This document shows, in pieces, positions 25,360 through 35,683 of a DNA stretch of 64,000 bases. Where the stretch lies: assembly GCA_963851265.1 (NCBI GenBank), contig CAWKNZ010000009.1:64001-128000 (forward strand), read 5' to 3'. Source of the stretch: an uncultured Gemmatimonadales bacterium. Its GTDB lineage: Bacteria; Gemmatimonadota; Gemmatimonadetes; Gemmatimonadales; Gemmatimonadaceae. The notes beneath the pieces were generated by a model. That model had not been told where the DNA came from and did no database searches. It saw nothing but the letters and a program-made list of their open reading frames with translations. The translations under genes were made by a program, and so were the position numbers. The stretch's first letter is position 1. Each line of letters opens with the position of its first letter.

Positions 25360-25652
25360 CGCCCGCCCCCCGGTCGGCGCTCGTCCGACCGCGTCTGCAC
25401 GTCCTGCTCGAAGGGGCGCGTCACGTCGTCGGCAGCCACAGGCGTGGCAATGCCTGGCAGACGGACTGCGGCCGGTCGATTTGACGCGACTCGTCGACCG
25501 GTCGACGCATGCGGGCGAACCTGCGGCTCCTGAAACGCCATGCCACGCGATTGGAGGACTTCGATGTCCGCACCACCACGCCCACTGTCTCCGACCCACC
25601 GCGACGGTCGGTGGGAGCTCGTCGTCCATCGGACACCGCCGGTGCCCGAGCC

Positions 25653-26363
25653 GTGAGGGGCGCCGCGCTCTGGAGCATGGTCGCCGCACTCGCGCCTGCG
25701 GCGCTCGTGGCGCAGGCGACTCCGCCGCGCGCCGGTGCGCTCGGCGTGCCGTCGGCATCGGACGAGGTACGGTGCGTGGATCCGGCGGCGGCTGTCCCGC
25801 GCCCGGCGTACGGCTGCTTCAACGTCGGCCACCGCGCCGGCCTGACGTTCGCCGACACGCTCGTCGTCTGGCGCCTGTATCGCTTCGCGGACCGCGCCGC
25901 CGCCGAGGCGGCCCGCAGCCCGCGCGGCGTGGTGGCGGAGGTCGCAGACACCGTGTGGCTGAGTGAACTCGCGGAGCAGGGGGCGCCGCCGGCGCGCGCG
26001 GCCGGCGGCGCCCTCGCGCTGGAGAGCGGTCCGCTGGTGCTACCCCCGGCGCCCAGCTACGAGGCGAGCCTGGCGTACGCGGTCTTCCGCCCCGGGATGC
26101 GCTCGCGCGTGCACGTGCACGCCGGGCCCGAGGCGTTCTACGTGCTCGCGGGCGCGCAGTGCGTCGAAACGCCCGCCGGCGTCGTCCGCACCGCGGCCGG
26201 CGGGACGACCGTGCTTGCAGCCGGCACCCCGATGGCGCTCGCCGCGGCAGGCGACGGAGAGCGCCGCGCGTTCGCGATCGTCGTGCACGACGCGCGGCGC
26301 CCGCAGGCGGAGGCCACGCCGTGGCGCCCCGCGGGCGCGTGTGGCGGCACGACGGGACGTTAG
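25653..26363 (+). CDS. Secreted cupin-domain protein
   Basis: Signal peptide; HVHAGPEAFYVLAG cupin motif. Confidence 0.75.
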   Translation: MRGAALWSMVAALAPAALVAQATPPRAGALGVPSASDEVRCVDPAAAVPRPAYGCFNVGHRAGLTFADTLVVWRLYRFADRAAAEAARSPRGVVAEVADTVWLSELAEQGAPPARAAGGALALESGPLVLPPAPSYEASLAYAVFRPGMRSRVHVHAGPEAFYVLAGAQCVETPAGVVRTAAGGTTVLAAGTPMALAAAGDGERRAFAIVVHDARRPQAEATPWRPAGACGGTTGR

Positions 26364-26755
26364 GCAGATGCACGCATGCTCACCGTCCCGGGCGTCCGCG
26401 CGTCGGGTCGATAACACCCGTTAGGCCGGCGCGGTCGTGAGGTCCGCCGCGTGGCGGGTGCCGTGCGGGCCGGTGACACCCGGCCCGCACGCCGAGGCGT
26501 GGACACGGCCCCGGTCGGGCGCGCCGACGCGCGCCGCCACGCGTGTTCCCGATGGCGCAGCGTCCACGCTACGCCGTCGCACGACGTCGATCGACGGAGA
26601 CCGTGTCGCGTGCGCCCGGACGTCCCCGTTGCGCGTGCGATTTGTTGCGTCACAATGTAATGTGTGAGATCCGAACGGAGCACGACGGCGCCCGCACACC
26701 GGGCGCGCGCGCGCCTCCGTGCCTGGACACCGTGCATCCGACGCCGCCGCCTCGA

Positions 26756-28639
26756 ATGTCCGTATTCGCCACCGCGCGTCCTCGACACGCCGCCGTCGGC
26801 GTGGTCCCGCGCCCTCGCACCCTGGCGCTTCTCGCCGGGCTTCTGTTGGCCGGCGCCTGCGTGCGCGAACGGGAACGCGCGCCCGCCGCCGAAGCGGCGC
26901 GGTCCCCCGCCCTCCCCAGCGGCCCGCGCGCGAGTGCGGTCCTCGACGCCGAAGACGGCCAGTGGACGCGGCCCGCCAAGAGCTACTCGTCGCTGCGCTA
27001 CAGCCAGCTCGGCGAGATCACGACGGCCAACGTGCGCGGCCTGCGGCCAGCGTGGACGTTCTCGACCGCGGTGCTGCGCGGGCACGAGGAGCCGCCGCTC
27101 GTCGTGAACAACACGATGTACGTGCTCACGCCGTTCCCGAACCTGCTCTACGCGCTGGACCTGACGCAGCCGGGCGCGCCGGTGAAGTGGACGTACACGC
27201 CCAAGCCCGAGCCGGCGTCGCAGGGCGTCGCCTGCTGCGACGTCGTGAACCGCGGGCCGGTCTACGACAACGGCCGCATCTTCTACAACACGCTCGACGA
27301 CCACGTCGTCGCGGTGGACGCGGCCACGGGCAGGGAGGTCTGGAAGACCAAGGTCGGCGAGATCAACCTCGGCGAGACCATGACCATGGCGCCGCTCGTC
27401 GTGAAGGGGAAGGTGCTGGTCGGCGATTCGGGCGGCGAGATGGGCGTGCGCGGGTGGATCAAGGCGCTCGACGCCGGGACCGGGAAGGTGGTCTGGACGG
27501 CGTACAACACCGGACCCGACAAGGACGTGCTGATCGGGCCGCGTTTCAAGGCGTTCTATCCCAAGGATCAGGGGAAGGACCTCGGCGTGAACTCGTGGCC
27601 CGGCACGCAGTGGCAGATCGGCGGCGGCACGGTGTGGGGGTGGCTGTCGTACGACCCCGAGCTGAACCTGGTCTACTACGGCAGCGGCAACCCCGGGCCG
27701 TGGAACCCGTCGCAGCGGCCGGGCGACAACAAGTGGACGTCGACCGTGTTCGCGCGCGACCCCGACACGGGTGAGGCGGTGTGGGCCTACCAGGTGAGTC
27801 CGCACGACATGCACGACTACGACGAGGTCAACGAGTCGTTGCTCCTCACGGTGCCGTGGAAGGGACGGCAGCGCCGCGTGCTGCTGCGCCCCGGGCGCAA
27901 CGGCTACGTGTACCTCATCGACCGGACCAACGGCGAGGTGCTGTCGGCGGAGCCCTTCGTGCACATCACGACGACGAAGGGCGTCGACCTGAAGACAGGG
28001 CAGCTGCTGTACGAGCCGACGCAGGAGCCGCAGGTGGGCCGGGTGGTGCGCGACGCCTGCCCCGCAGCGCCGGGCGGCAAGGACTGGCAGCCGTCGGCGT
28101 TCTCGCCGCGCACGGGGCTCGCGTACCTGCCGCACCAGAACCTCTGCCAGGACGTCGAGGGGCTCGAGGCCAACTACATCGCCGGCACGCCGTACGTCGG
28201 GATGAACGTGCGCATGAAGGCGGGCCCGGGCGGCCACCGCGGCGAGTTCACGGCGTGGGACCCGGTCGCGGCGCGCCCGGTCTGGACGATCAAGGAGCGC
28301 TTCCCGGTGTGGAGCGGCGCGCTCGTCACGGCGGGCGACGTCGCCTTCTACGGCACGATGGACGGCTGGTTCAAGGCGGTCGACGCGCGCACGGGCCGGG
28401 AGCTGTGGAAGTTCAAGTGCGGCTCGGGGATCATCGGCCAGCCGGTGACCTACCGCGGGCCGGACGGGAAGCAGTACGTCGCGATCGCGTCCGGCGTGGG
28501 CGGGTGGTCGGGCGCGATCGTCTCGGGCGGCCTCGACCCGCGCGACTCGACGATCGCGTTAGGCTTCGGCGCCGCGATGGCCGACCTGCCGCAGGCGACC
28601 ACGAAGGGGGGCACGATCTACGTGTTCGCGCTGCCGTGA
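26756..28639 (+). CDS. PQQ-dependent methanol/ethanol-family dehydrogenase, lanthanide-type motif
   Basis: Lipobox LAGAC; ACCDVVNRG, GGEMGVRG, GNPGPWN, RPGDNKW, HDYDEVNE, QYVAIASGVGGW. Confidence 0.93.
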   Translation: MSVFATARPRHAAVGVVPRPRTLALLAGLLLAGACVRERERAPAAEAARSPALPSGPRASAVLDAEDGQWTRPAKSYSSLRYSQLGEITTANVRGLRPAWTFSTAVLRGHEEPPLVVNNTMYVLTPFPNLLYALDLTQPGAPVKWTYTPKPEPASQGVACCDVVNRGPVYDNGRIFYNTLDDHVVAVDAATGREVWKTKVGEINLGETMTMAPLVVKGKVLVGDSGGEMGVRGWIKALDAGTGKVVWTAYNTGPDKDVLIGPRFKAFYPKDQGKDLGVNSWPGTQWQIGGGTVWGWLSYDPELNLVYYGSGNPGPWNPSQRPGDNKWTSTVFARDPDTGEAVWAYQVSPHDMHDYDEVNESLLLTVPWKGRQRRVLLRPGRNGYVYLIDRTNGEVLSAEPFVHITTTKGVDLKTGQLLYEPTQEPQVGRVVRDACPAAPGGKDWQPSAFSPRTGLAYLPHQNLCQDVEGLEANYIAGTPYVGMNVRMKAGPGGHRGEFTAWDPVAARPVWTIKERFPVWSGALVTAGDVAFYGTMDGWFKAVDARTGRELWKFKCGSGIIGQPVTYRGPDGKQYVAIASGVGGWSGAIVSGGLDPRDSTIALGFGAAMADLPQATTKGGTIYVFALP

Positions 28640-29211
28640 CGCGCGCGTCGACGCGACCGCTCGTGATCGCCGCGCTGCTCGCGCTGGTCGGCTGCGAGCG
28701 CGAGCAGCGCGAGTTCCGCGAATCGCCGCCGAGCGCGATGCCGGCCGGGATCGTGCGGGTGAGCGCGCTGCAGCCCGGGCCGACGCTCGACTCGACCCAC
28801 GTGCGCAACCCCGACGAGGCGCGCGCCTACGACGTGAGCGAGGGGCAGCGGCTGTTCGCGTGGTACAACTGCAGCGGCTGCCACTCCAACGGCGGCGGCG
28901 GCATGGGGCCCGCGCTCATCGACGACACGTGGATCTACGGGAGCGCGCCGGAGAACATCTACGAGACCATCGTGCAGGGGCGGCCCAACGGCATGCCCTC
29001 CTTCGGCTCGCGCATCCCGACCCCGCAGGTGTGGCAGCTCGTCGCCTACGTGCGTTCGCTCGGCGGCCTGACGTCGGTGACCGTCAACTCGGCGCGCACC
29101 GACCACATGATGTACCAGCCCGGCTCGCAGGCTGTCCCGCAACCGCAGCCCGGTTCGGGGCCCGCTAAGGGGCAGGGGTCGAGCCGCCCGCCGGCGTCCG
29201 AGATGCCGTGA
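28636..29211 (+). CDS. Lipoprotein cytochrome c, probable acceptor for the PQQ enzyme
   Basis: LVGC lipobox; CSGCH, GGGMGPAL, GRPNGMP. Confidence 0.9.
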   Translation: MTRASTRPLVIAALLALVGCEREQREFRESPPSAMPAGIVRVSALQPGPTLDSTHVRNPDEARAYDVSEGQRLFAWYNCSGCHSNGGGGMGPALIDDTWIYGSAPENIYETIVQGRPNGMPSFGSRIPTPQVWQLVAYVRSLGGLTSVTVNSARTDHMMYQPGSQAVPQPQPGSGPAKGQGSSRPPASEMP

Positions 29212-29228
29212 GGGAGATGCCGTGAGGG
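29201..29228 (+). repeat. 2 x 14-bp tandem duplication AGATGCCGTGAGGG
   Basis: Units 29201-29214 and 29215-29228 span the cytochrome c stop. Confidence 0.9.
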
Positions 29229-29235
29229 ACGTCCC

Positions 29236-30189
29236 GTGAATCCGCATTCGGTGCTCGACCCCGTCGGCCCGCAGGCGGCGCGCGTCGCGAAACTGTGGTG
29301 GTTTTCGTTCGCGACGGCGACCGCGGTCTACGTGCTGACCATCGGCACGCTGCTGTGGGCCGCGTGGCGCGCGTGGCGCCGCACGCGCGAGGGCGCGGTG
29401 GTCGCCGCGGACGGAGAGCGGCGCATGACGCGCGCGGTCGCGACGGCGACCGGCGTCACGGTCGCCGTCCTGCTCGTCTTTCTCGTCTACGACCTCACGG
29501 TCGGGCGCGCCATGACGCCGGCGCCGGTGAAGCGGCCGCTGACGATCGAGGTGACGGGGCACCAGTGGTGGTGGGAGGTGCAGTACGCCGACACGTCGCC
29601 GCACGGGCGGTTCACGACCGCGAACGAGGTGCACGTGCCGGTGGGCGTGCCGGTCGTGTTCCTGCTCACCGCGCGCGACGTGATCCACAGCTTCTGGGTG
29701 CCCAACCTCGGCGGCAAGAAGGACCTGATCCCCGGCTACACGCAGAGCGTCTGGTTCCAGGCCGACACGCCGGGCGTGTACCGCGGGCAGTGCGCGGAGT
29801 TCTGCGGCCTGCAGCACGCGAAGATGGGGCTGCTCGTCGTGGCGGATCCGCCCGACCGCTACGCCGCGTGGGTCAGGGGGATGCAGCAGCCGGCCGCCAC
29901 GCCGGTGGACTCCGCCGCGCGGCGCGGCGAGGCGGTCTTCATGAACGGCACCTGCGTGATGTGTCACGCGATCGAGGGCACGCGCGCGCGGTCGGTCGCG
30001 GGGCCCGACCTCACGCACCTCGCCAGCCGCCGCACGATCGCCGCGGCCACGCTGCCCAACAACCGCGGCAACCTCGGCGGGTGGATCGTCGACCCGCAGC
30101 GCATCAAGCCCGGCACGCACATGCCGCCCAACGGCCTGCCCGCGCAGGAGCTGGACGCGCTGCTGACCTACCTCCAGACCCTTCGCTGA
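29236..30189 (+). CDS. ctaC: Cytochrome c oxidase subunit II with fused cytochrome c (caa3 type)
   Basis: GHQWWW, DVIHSFW, CAEFCGLQHAKM (CuA), CVMCH. Confidence 0.95.
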   Translation: MNPHSVLDPVGPQAARVAKLWWFSFATATAVYVLTIGTLLWAAWRAWRRTREGAVVAADGERRMTRAVATATGVTVAVLLVFLVYDLTVGRAMTPAPVKRPLTIEVTGHQWWWEVQYADTSPHGRFTTANEVHVPVGVPVVFLLTARDVIHSFWVPNLGGKKDLIPGYTQSVWFQADTPGVYRGQCAEFCGLQHAKMGLLVVADPPDRYAAWVRGMQQPAATPVDSAARRGEAVFMNGTCVMCHAIEGTRARSVAGPDLTHLASRRTIAAATLPNNRGNLGGWIVDPQRIKPGTHMPPNGLPAQELDALLTYLQTLR

Positions 30190-30202
30190 CCGGAGCGACG
30201 TC

Positions 30203-32260
30203 GTGACCGCATCCGCGATTCCCGTCCCCACGACCGCGCCGCCCGGCGCGGCCGAGCGCGACGACGCCGAGCTGGCGGCGCTGCGGCGCACGTGGCGCGC
30301 GCCGGGCGGACTCTGGGGGTGGCTCACCTCGGTCGATCACAAGGACATCGGGCGTCGCTACGCGGCGACCGCGTTCCTGTGGTTTCTGCTCGCCGGGGTC
30401 AACGCGCTGCTGATGCGCCTGCAGCTCGCGCGGCCCGAGGGCCACGTGTTGGGCCCCGACCAGTACGACCAGGCGTTCACCACGCACGGCACGGCGATGA
30501 TGTTCCTCTTCGCCGTGCCCACGATGGCCGCGATCGCGCTGTACCTCGTGCCGCTCATGGTCGGCACGCGCAACGTCGCGTACCCGCGGCTCAACGCGTT
30601 CGGCTACTACGTGTTCCTGATCGGCGGGCTGTTCCTCTTCACCTCGCTGTACCTCAACACCGGGCCGGACACCGGGTGGTTCGCCTACGTCCCGCTGTCG
30701 GGCCCGGAGTACTCGCCGGGGAAGCGCGTCGACGTGTGGGCGCAGGTGGTGACGTTCACCGAGATCGCGGGACTCGTCTCGGCGGTCGAGGTGATCGCGA
30801 CCGTGCTCAAGCTGCGCGCGCCGGGGATGTCGCTCAACCGCATCCCGCTCTACGTGTGGTCGGCGTTCGTGATCTCGGTGATGATCATCTTCGCGATGCC
30901 CGCGATCGCCACGGCGAGCACGCTGATGCTCGCGATGGACCGGCTCGTCGCGACGCACTTCTTCAACCCCGCCGAGGGGGGCGACGCGCTGCTCTGGCAG
31001 CACATGTTCTGGTTCTTCGGGCACCCGGAGGTCTACATCATGTTCCTCCCCGGGCTCGGCTTCGCGTCGGCGGTGATCGAGACGTTCACGGGGCGGCGCA
31101 TCTTCGGATATCCGGTGATGGTACTGTCGCTCTTCCTCACCGGGTTCGTGGCGTTCGGGCTCTGGGTGCACCACATGTTCGCCACGCCGCTGCCGCAGCT
31201 CGGGCAGAGCTTCTTCACGGCGGCGAGCGTGCTGATCGCGATCCCGACCGGCGTGCAGATCTTCTGCTGGATCGCGACGATCTGGGCCGGGCGCCCGCGC
31301 TTCACGACGTCGATGCTCTTCGCCCTCGGCTTCCTCGTCGTGTTCGTGATCGGCGGGCTCACGGGGGTGATGATCGCCTCGGTCCCGTTCGACCTGCAGG
31401 TGCACGACACCTACTTCATCGTCGCGCACTTCCACTACGTGATCCTCGGCGGCGTGGTCTTCCCGATCTTCGCCGCGACGTACCTGTGGTACCCGAAGGC
31501 GGTCGGGCGCATGCTCGACGAGCGGTTGGGGCGATGGCACTTCTGGCTGTTCTTCGTCGGCGTCAACGTGACGTTCTTCCCGATGCACCTGCTCGGGTTC
31601 GCCGGCATGCCGCGCCGCGTCTACACGTACCTGCCCGAGATGGGGTGGGGCAACCTGAACCTGCTCGCGACGGTGGGGTCGTGGATCATCACCGCGAGCA
31701 TCGTCGTCTTCCTCGTCAACGTCGTGCGGAGCGCGCGCAGGGGGGCGGTCGCGGGCCCGAATCCGTGGGGCGCGCCGTCGCTCGAGTGGGCGGCCGCGTC
31801 GCCGCCGGAGCCGTGGAACTTCCGGCAGCTGCCGACGGTCGAGAGCCACACGCCGCTGTGGACGGCCGCCGAGCGCGGGGAACTGCCCGTGCTCACCGGG
31901 CTGCGCACCGACCGCCGCGAGGTGCTCGTGACGAGTTCGCTCGACGCGGTCCCCGACAACCGGCACGAGCACCCGCGCGAGTCGATCTGGCCGCTGGTGA
32001 TGGCGCTTGCGGTGGGCGTGACGTTCATCGGGGCGATCTTCACGCCGTGGGCGTACGTGATCGGGTTCGCGTTCGGGATCGTCGCCTTCGCGGGCTGGGC
32101 GTGGCCGCGCGCCGCGGACCGCGACGACACGCGGGTCGTCCGCCCGGGCGGCACGGACCCGCGGGCGCGGCCCGCGAACGCGCGCCAGGGTCCTCCGCCT
32201 AACGCGCACGTCGCGCCGCGCCCGGTGCTGGCGAGCGCCACCGCGCCGGAGGCCGCGTGA
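30203..32260 (+). CDS. ctaD: Cytochrome c oxidase subunit I (A1 type)
   Basis: DHKDIG, HG, WFFGHPEVY, WVHHMF, HDTYFIVAHFHY, MPRR. Confidence 0.97.
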   Translation: MTASAIPVPTTAPPGAAERDDAELAALRRTWRAPGGLWGWLTSVDHKDIGRRYAATAFLWFLLAGVNALLMRLQLARPEGHVLGPDQYDQAFTTHGTAMMFLFAVPTMAAIALYLVPLMVGTRNVAYPRLNAFGYYVFLIGGLFLFTSLYLNTGPDTGWFAYVPLSGPEYSPGKRVDVWAQVVTFTEIAGLVSAVEVIATVLKLRAPGMSLNRIPLYVWSAFVISVMIIFAMPAIATASTLMLAMDRLVATHFFNPAEGGDALLWQHMFWFFGHPEVYIMFLPGLGFASAVIETFTGRRIFGYPVMVLSLFLTGFVAFGLWVHHMFATPLPQLGQSFFTAASVLIAIPTGVQIFCWIATIWAGRPRFTTSMLFALGFLVVFVIGGLTGVMIASVPFDLQVHDTYFIVAHFHYVILGGVVFPIFAATYLWYPKAVGRMLDERLGRWHFWLFFVGVNVTFFPMHLLGFAGMPRRVYTYLPEMGWGNLNLLATVGSWIITASIVVFLVNVVRSARRGAVAGPNPWGAPSLEWAAASPPEPWNFRQLPTVESHTPLWTAAERGELPVLTGLRTDRREVLVTSSLDAVPDNRHEHPRESIWPLVMALAVGVTFIGAIFTPWAYVIGFAFGIVAFAGWAWPRAADRDDTRVVRPGGTDPRARPANARQGPPPNAHVAPRPVLASATAPEAA

Positions 32261-32943
32261 GCGCGCCCGTGGCCCCCGCGCCGTCCGGGATCATCGCGCC
32301 GCACGCGCCGGGGCACCCGCTCGCGGCGCCGCCGCGGCGCGTCGCGCTCGACGTCGCCGAGCTGCCGGACGTGACGTTCGGCCCGCGCGACCTGATGTGG
32401 TGGGGCACGATGGGCTTCGTCGCGATCGAGGGGTTCACCCTCGTGCTCTGCTCGGCGGTGTACCTGTACCTCTGGAAGAACTTCGACGCCTGGCCGCCGG
32501 CCGGCACCGAACTGCCGACGCTCGGCATCCCGACGGCGCACGTGGCGCTCATGCTGCTCAGTCTTCCGGTCGTGAGCTGGATGGAGCGCGCAGCGCGCCG
32601 GTTCGACCTCGCGCGCGTGCGGCAGGCGCTGACGGTCGCGACCGCGTTCGGCGCCGCGTTCGTCGCGCTGCGCGCGCTCGAGTTGCTCGTCGCGCTGCAC
32701 GTGAAGTGGGATACGAACGCCTACGGGTCGGCGCAGTGGCTCGTCGTCGGCTCGCACGCCACGCTGCTGATCATCGAACTCGTCGAGATCGCCGGGTTCG
32801 CGCTGTTCTTCTGGACCGGCGTGCCCGAGGAGAAGCACTTCGCCGACGCCGCGGACGCGGGGTTCTACTGGCGGTTCATGGTGCTCGCGTGGCTGCCCCT
32901 CTACGTGCTGTGCTTCTGGGGCCCGCGGTGGACGGGGCAGTGA
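32257..32943 (+). CDS. Cytochrome c oxidase subunit III-like protein
   Basis: 5 TM; AIEG, WPP, NAYGS, FYWRF; directly after ctaD. Confidence 0.8.
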   Translation: MSAPVAPAPSGIIAPHAPGHPLAAPPRRVALDVAELPDVTFGPRDLMWWGTMGFVAIEGFTLVLCSAVYLYLWKNFDAWPPAGTELPTLGIPTAHVALMLLSLPVVSWMERAARRFDLARVRQALTVATAFGAAFVALRALELLVALHVKWDTNAYGSAQWLVVGSHATLLIIELVEIAGFALFFWTGVPEEKHFADAADAGFYWRFMVLAWLPLYVLCFWGPRWTGQ

Positions 32944-33332
32944 CCGCGCCCGGGACGCGGGCGGCAGCCGAGGCGGCGCCCGCCGGGCAGGTGCCGGGCG
33001 TCGCGATGCAGTGGGTCGGGCTGCTCCTCGCGCCGGCCACGTTCTTCGCGCACCTGCAGCTCGGCTACGTGCTCGTCTACCGCGCGTGCCGCTATCACAC
33101 CGACCTCTGGGTCCACCTCGCCGGCGCGACGTCCGTCGCGCTCGCGGCGTTCGGCACCTGGACGGCGTGGCGGGTGTGGACGCGCACGGGGCGGACGATG
33201 TCGATCGAGGAGGCGGGGGCCGTCGCCCGGGCGCGCTTCCTCGGGATCACCGGAGTCGGGAGCGGCGCGCTGTTCGTGCTGCTGCTGTTCTCGCAGTGGA
33301 TGACCGCGTGCTTCCTCTCGCCGTGCCAGTGA
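32940..33332 (+). CDS. Small 3-TM membrane protein
   Basis: GTGA overlaps at both ends; hydrophobic; ends SPCQ. Confidence 0.7.
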   Translation: MTAPGTRAAAEAAPAGQVPGVAMQWVGLLLAPATFFAHLQLGYVLVYRACRYHTDLWVHLAGATSVALAAFGTWTAWRVWTRTGRTMSIEEAGAVARARFLGITGVGSGALFVLLLFSQWMTACFLSPCQ

Positions 33333-33718
33333 GCGGGCGGGCCGCCGCACTGGGACTCGCCGCCGCCGTGCTCCTCGCGGCGGCGTGCGCGGGTCGCGCC
33401 GACGAGGAGCGTCGCGCCGAGGCGATGGCCCTGACCGGCGGCGACCCCGAGCGCGGGCGCGTGCTGCTGCGCAGCTACGGCTGCGCGAGCTGCCACACGA
33501 TCCCCGGCGTGGACGGGGCGAACGGGCTCGTCGGCCCGCCGCTCGGCGGTATCGCGAGCCGGAGCTACGTCGGCGGGGTGCTGACCAACACGCCGCCCAA
33601 CATGATCCGCTGGATCGAGGATCCGAAGGGCGTGAACCCGCTCACCGCGATGCCCAACGTCGGCGTGACCGACCCCGACGCGCGGCGCATCGCGGCCTAC
33701 CTCTACACGCTCCGCTGA
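33329..33718 (+). CDS. Small lipoprotein cytochrome c
   Basis: LAAAC lipobox; CASCH, VGPPL, TAMP. Confidence 0.9.
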   Translation: MSGRAAALGLAAAVLLAAACAGRADEERRAEAMALTGGDPERGRVLLRSYGCASCHTIPGVDGANGLVGPPLGGIASRSYVGGVLTNTPPNMIRWIEDPKGVNPLTAMPNVGVTDPDARRIAAYLYTLR

Positions 33719-34731
33719 TGCGCCCTCTCACCCGTGCCCTCGCCGCGTTCACGACCGCGATCGCCGTTCCGCTCGCGGCGTGCGGACGCGCACAGGCCGC
33801 GTCCGCCGGTGCGCGCGGCGTCGACAGCGCGACCGCCGCCGACGGCGTGGCCGCGGGCGTGGGGTCGGGCGGCGCGCGCTTCGTCGTCAACGTGCTCGGC
33901 TTCGAGGGCCCGGAATCGGCGCGCTACGACTCGGCCCAGGACGTCTTCTTTGTCTCGAACATGACCGGCTACGGGTCGAGGAAGGACGGCAACGGCTACG
34001 TCACCCGGATGAGCGCCGCGGACCCGAACGCGGCCACCGTGTTCGTGCAGGGCGGCCGGAACGGCGCGGTGCTGAACTCGCCGAAGGGGCTCGCGCTGCA
34101 CGGCGACACGCTCTGGGTGGCCGACATCGACGCGCTGCGCGGCTTCGACCGGCACACCGGGGCGCCACTCGCCACCGTCGACCTCGCGCCGTTAGGCGCG
34201 GTGCTGCTGAACGACGTGGCGGTGGGTCCGGACGGGACGGTCCGCGTCACCGACACTGGGATCGAGATGGGCGAGGTCGGCGTGGTCCACACGGGCCCGG
34301 ACCGCATCTTCGTCGTCGGCCCCAACCGCGCCGTGTCGGTGATGGCCGCGGGCCCGGCGCTCCGACAGCCGAACGGCATCACGTGGGATGCCGCCGGGCG
34401 GCGCTGGATCGTCGTCTCGTTCGACCCGTTCGTGGGCGAGATCGCCGCCTTCGCCGAGGGCGACAGCACGCGGCACGTCGTGCACCGCGCGCCGAAGGGG
34501 CGCCTGGACGGCGTCGAGGTCCTGCCGGGCGGCGCGATTCTGTACGCGAGTTGGGCGGATTCGAGCGTGCACCTCCTCGCCGGCGGGCGCGACCGGCAGG
34601 TCGTGCGCGCGGTACCCGAGCCCGCCGACATCGGCGTCGACACGCGCCGCCACCGCCTGGCGATCCCGCTCTCGACGTTAGGCCGCGTGCAGCTGTGGGA
34701 CATCGCCGCGCTCTACCCGGCGGCGCCGTGA
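33718..34731 (+). CDS. SMP-30/gluconolactonase-like beta-propeller lipoprotein
   Basis: PES, FVSN, SPKG, LNDV, PNGI, LDGV, PADI blades. Confidence 0.8.
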   Translation: MRPLTRALAAFTTAIAVPLAACGRAQAASAGARGVDSATAADGVAAGVGSGGARFVVNVLGFEGPESARYDSAQDVFFVSNMTGYGSRKDGNGYVTRMSAADPNAATVFVQGGRNGAVLNSPKGLALHGDTLWVADIDALRGFDRHTGAPLATVDLAPLGAVLLNDVAVGPDGTVRVTDTGIEMGEVGVVHTGPDRIFVVGPNRAVSVMAAGPALRQPNGITWDAAGRRWIVVSFDPFVGEIAAFAEGDSTRHVVHRAPKGRLDGVEVLPGGAILYASWADSSVHLLAGGRDRQVVRAVPEPADIGVDTRRHRLAIPLSTLGRVQLWDIAALYPAAP

Positions 34732-34741
34732 CGGCGGCACC

Positions 34742-35683
34742 GTGACCACGCCCGCGCGCACCGCGCGCCGCGCGGCGGCGGCGGGCGGCGCGATGATCGT
34801 CGCGCTGGTCCCGGCCGTTGCGCACGCGCACCCGGGGCTCCCCCCCGAACCGCACGACCTCGCCGGCGCCTGGACGTGGGAACCGGGCGTGGTGCTGCCG
34901 CTGCTCCTCACCGCCGCGGCCTACCTGGCGGGCGTGCGCCGCGTATGGGCGCGGGCCGGATCGGGGCGCGGCGTGCGCCGCTCGGACGTGGTACGCTTCG
35001 CCGCGGGGTGGGTCGTGCTCGCCCTCGCGCTGGTCTCGCCGCTGCACGCGTTGGGCGGCGCGCTTTTCAGCGCGCACATGGCGCAGCACGAGCTCCTGCT
35101 GGCCGTGGCGGCCCCACTGCTCGTGCTCGGCCGGCCCGGCGTCGCGACGGCGTGGGCGCTGCCGCGGCGGTGGCGAGCGCCCGTGGGACGCGCCGCTTAC
35201 GCCGTCGCGCGTCGCTGCCGCGCACTCGCCGCGCCGTACGGGGCCACGGCGGCGCACGCGGCGGCCATCTGGCTCTGGCACGCGCCGCCGGTCTACGGAC
35301 TGGCGCTCCGGTCGGAGGTGGCGCACGCCGCGCAGCACGCGAGCTTCCTCGGCACGGCCCTGCTCTTCTGGTGGGCGGTGCTCTCACCGCGCGGCCGGCG
35401 GCACCCGGGTGCGGGCGTGCTCGCGCTGTTCCTCACCACGCTGCACACCGGCGCGCTCGGCGCGCTGCTCGCGTTAGGCACCCGCGTGCTCGTCCCGCAC
35501 TACCTCACGACGACCGCGCCGTTCGGGCTCTCGCCGCTCGAGGACCAGCAGCTCGCGGGGCTGGTGATGTGGGTGCCCGGGAGCGCGGCGTACGTGGCGG
35601 CCGCGCTCTGGCTGCTCGGCACGCGGCTGCGCGACGGCGTGCCCCGCGCCGCGCCGACCCTTCCCTCCCACTCCCGCGCATGA
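34742..35683 (+). CDS. ctaG: caa3-type cytochrome oxidase assembly factor
   Basis: FSAHMAQH, WLWHAP, H-x3-H, DQQLAGLVMWVPG. Confidence 0.9.
   Translation: MTTPARTARRAAAAGGAMIVALVPAVAHAHPGLPPEPHDLAGAWTWEPGVVLPLLLTAAAYLAGVRRVWARAGSGRGVRRSDVVRFAAGWVVLALALVSPLHALGGALFSAHMAQHELLLAVAAPLLVLGRPGVATAWALPRRWRAPVGRAAYAVARRCRALAAPYGATAAHAAAIWLWHAPPVYGLALRSEVAHAAQHASFLGTALLFWWAVLSPRGRRHPGAGVLALFLTTLHTGALGALLALGTRVLVPHYLTTTAPFGLSPLEDQQLAGLVMWVPGSAAYVAAALWLLGTRLRDGVPRAAPTLPSHSRA

Noticed and set aside
26636..26668. CRP/FNR-like site upstream of the PQQ operon
   Set aside because: TCACA and TGTGA half-sites have non-canonical order and spacing; only an AT-rich probable promoter
26756..28639. Naming the gene xoxF or mxaF and inferring methylotrophy
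   Set aside because: Clade and substrate cannot be fixed without phylogeny; no mxaI or formaldehyde-pathway genes in the window
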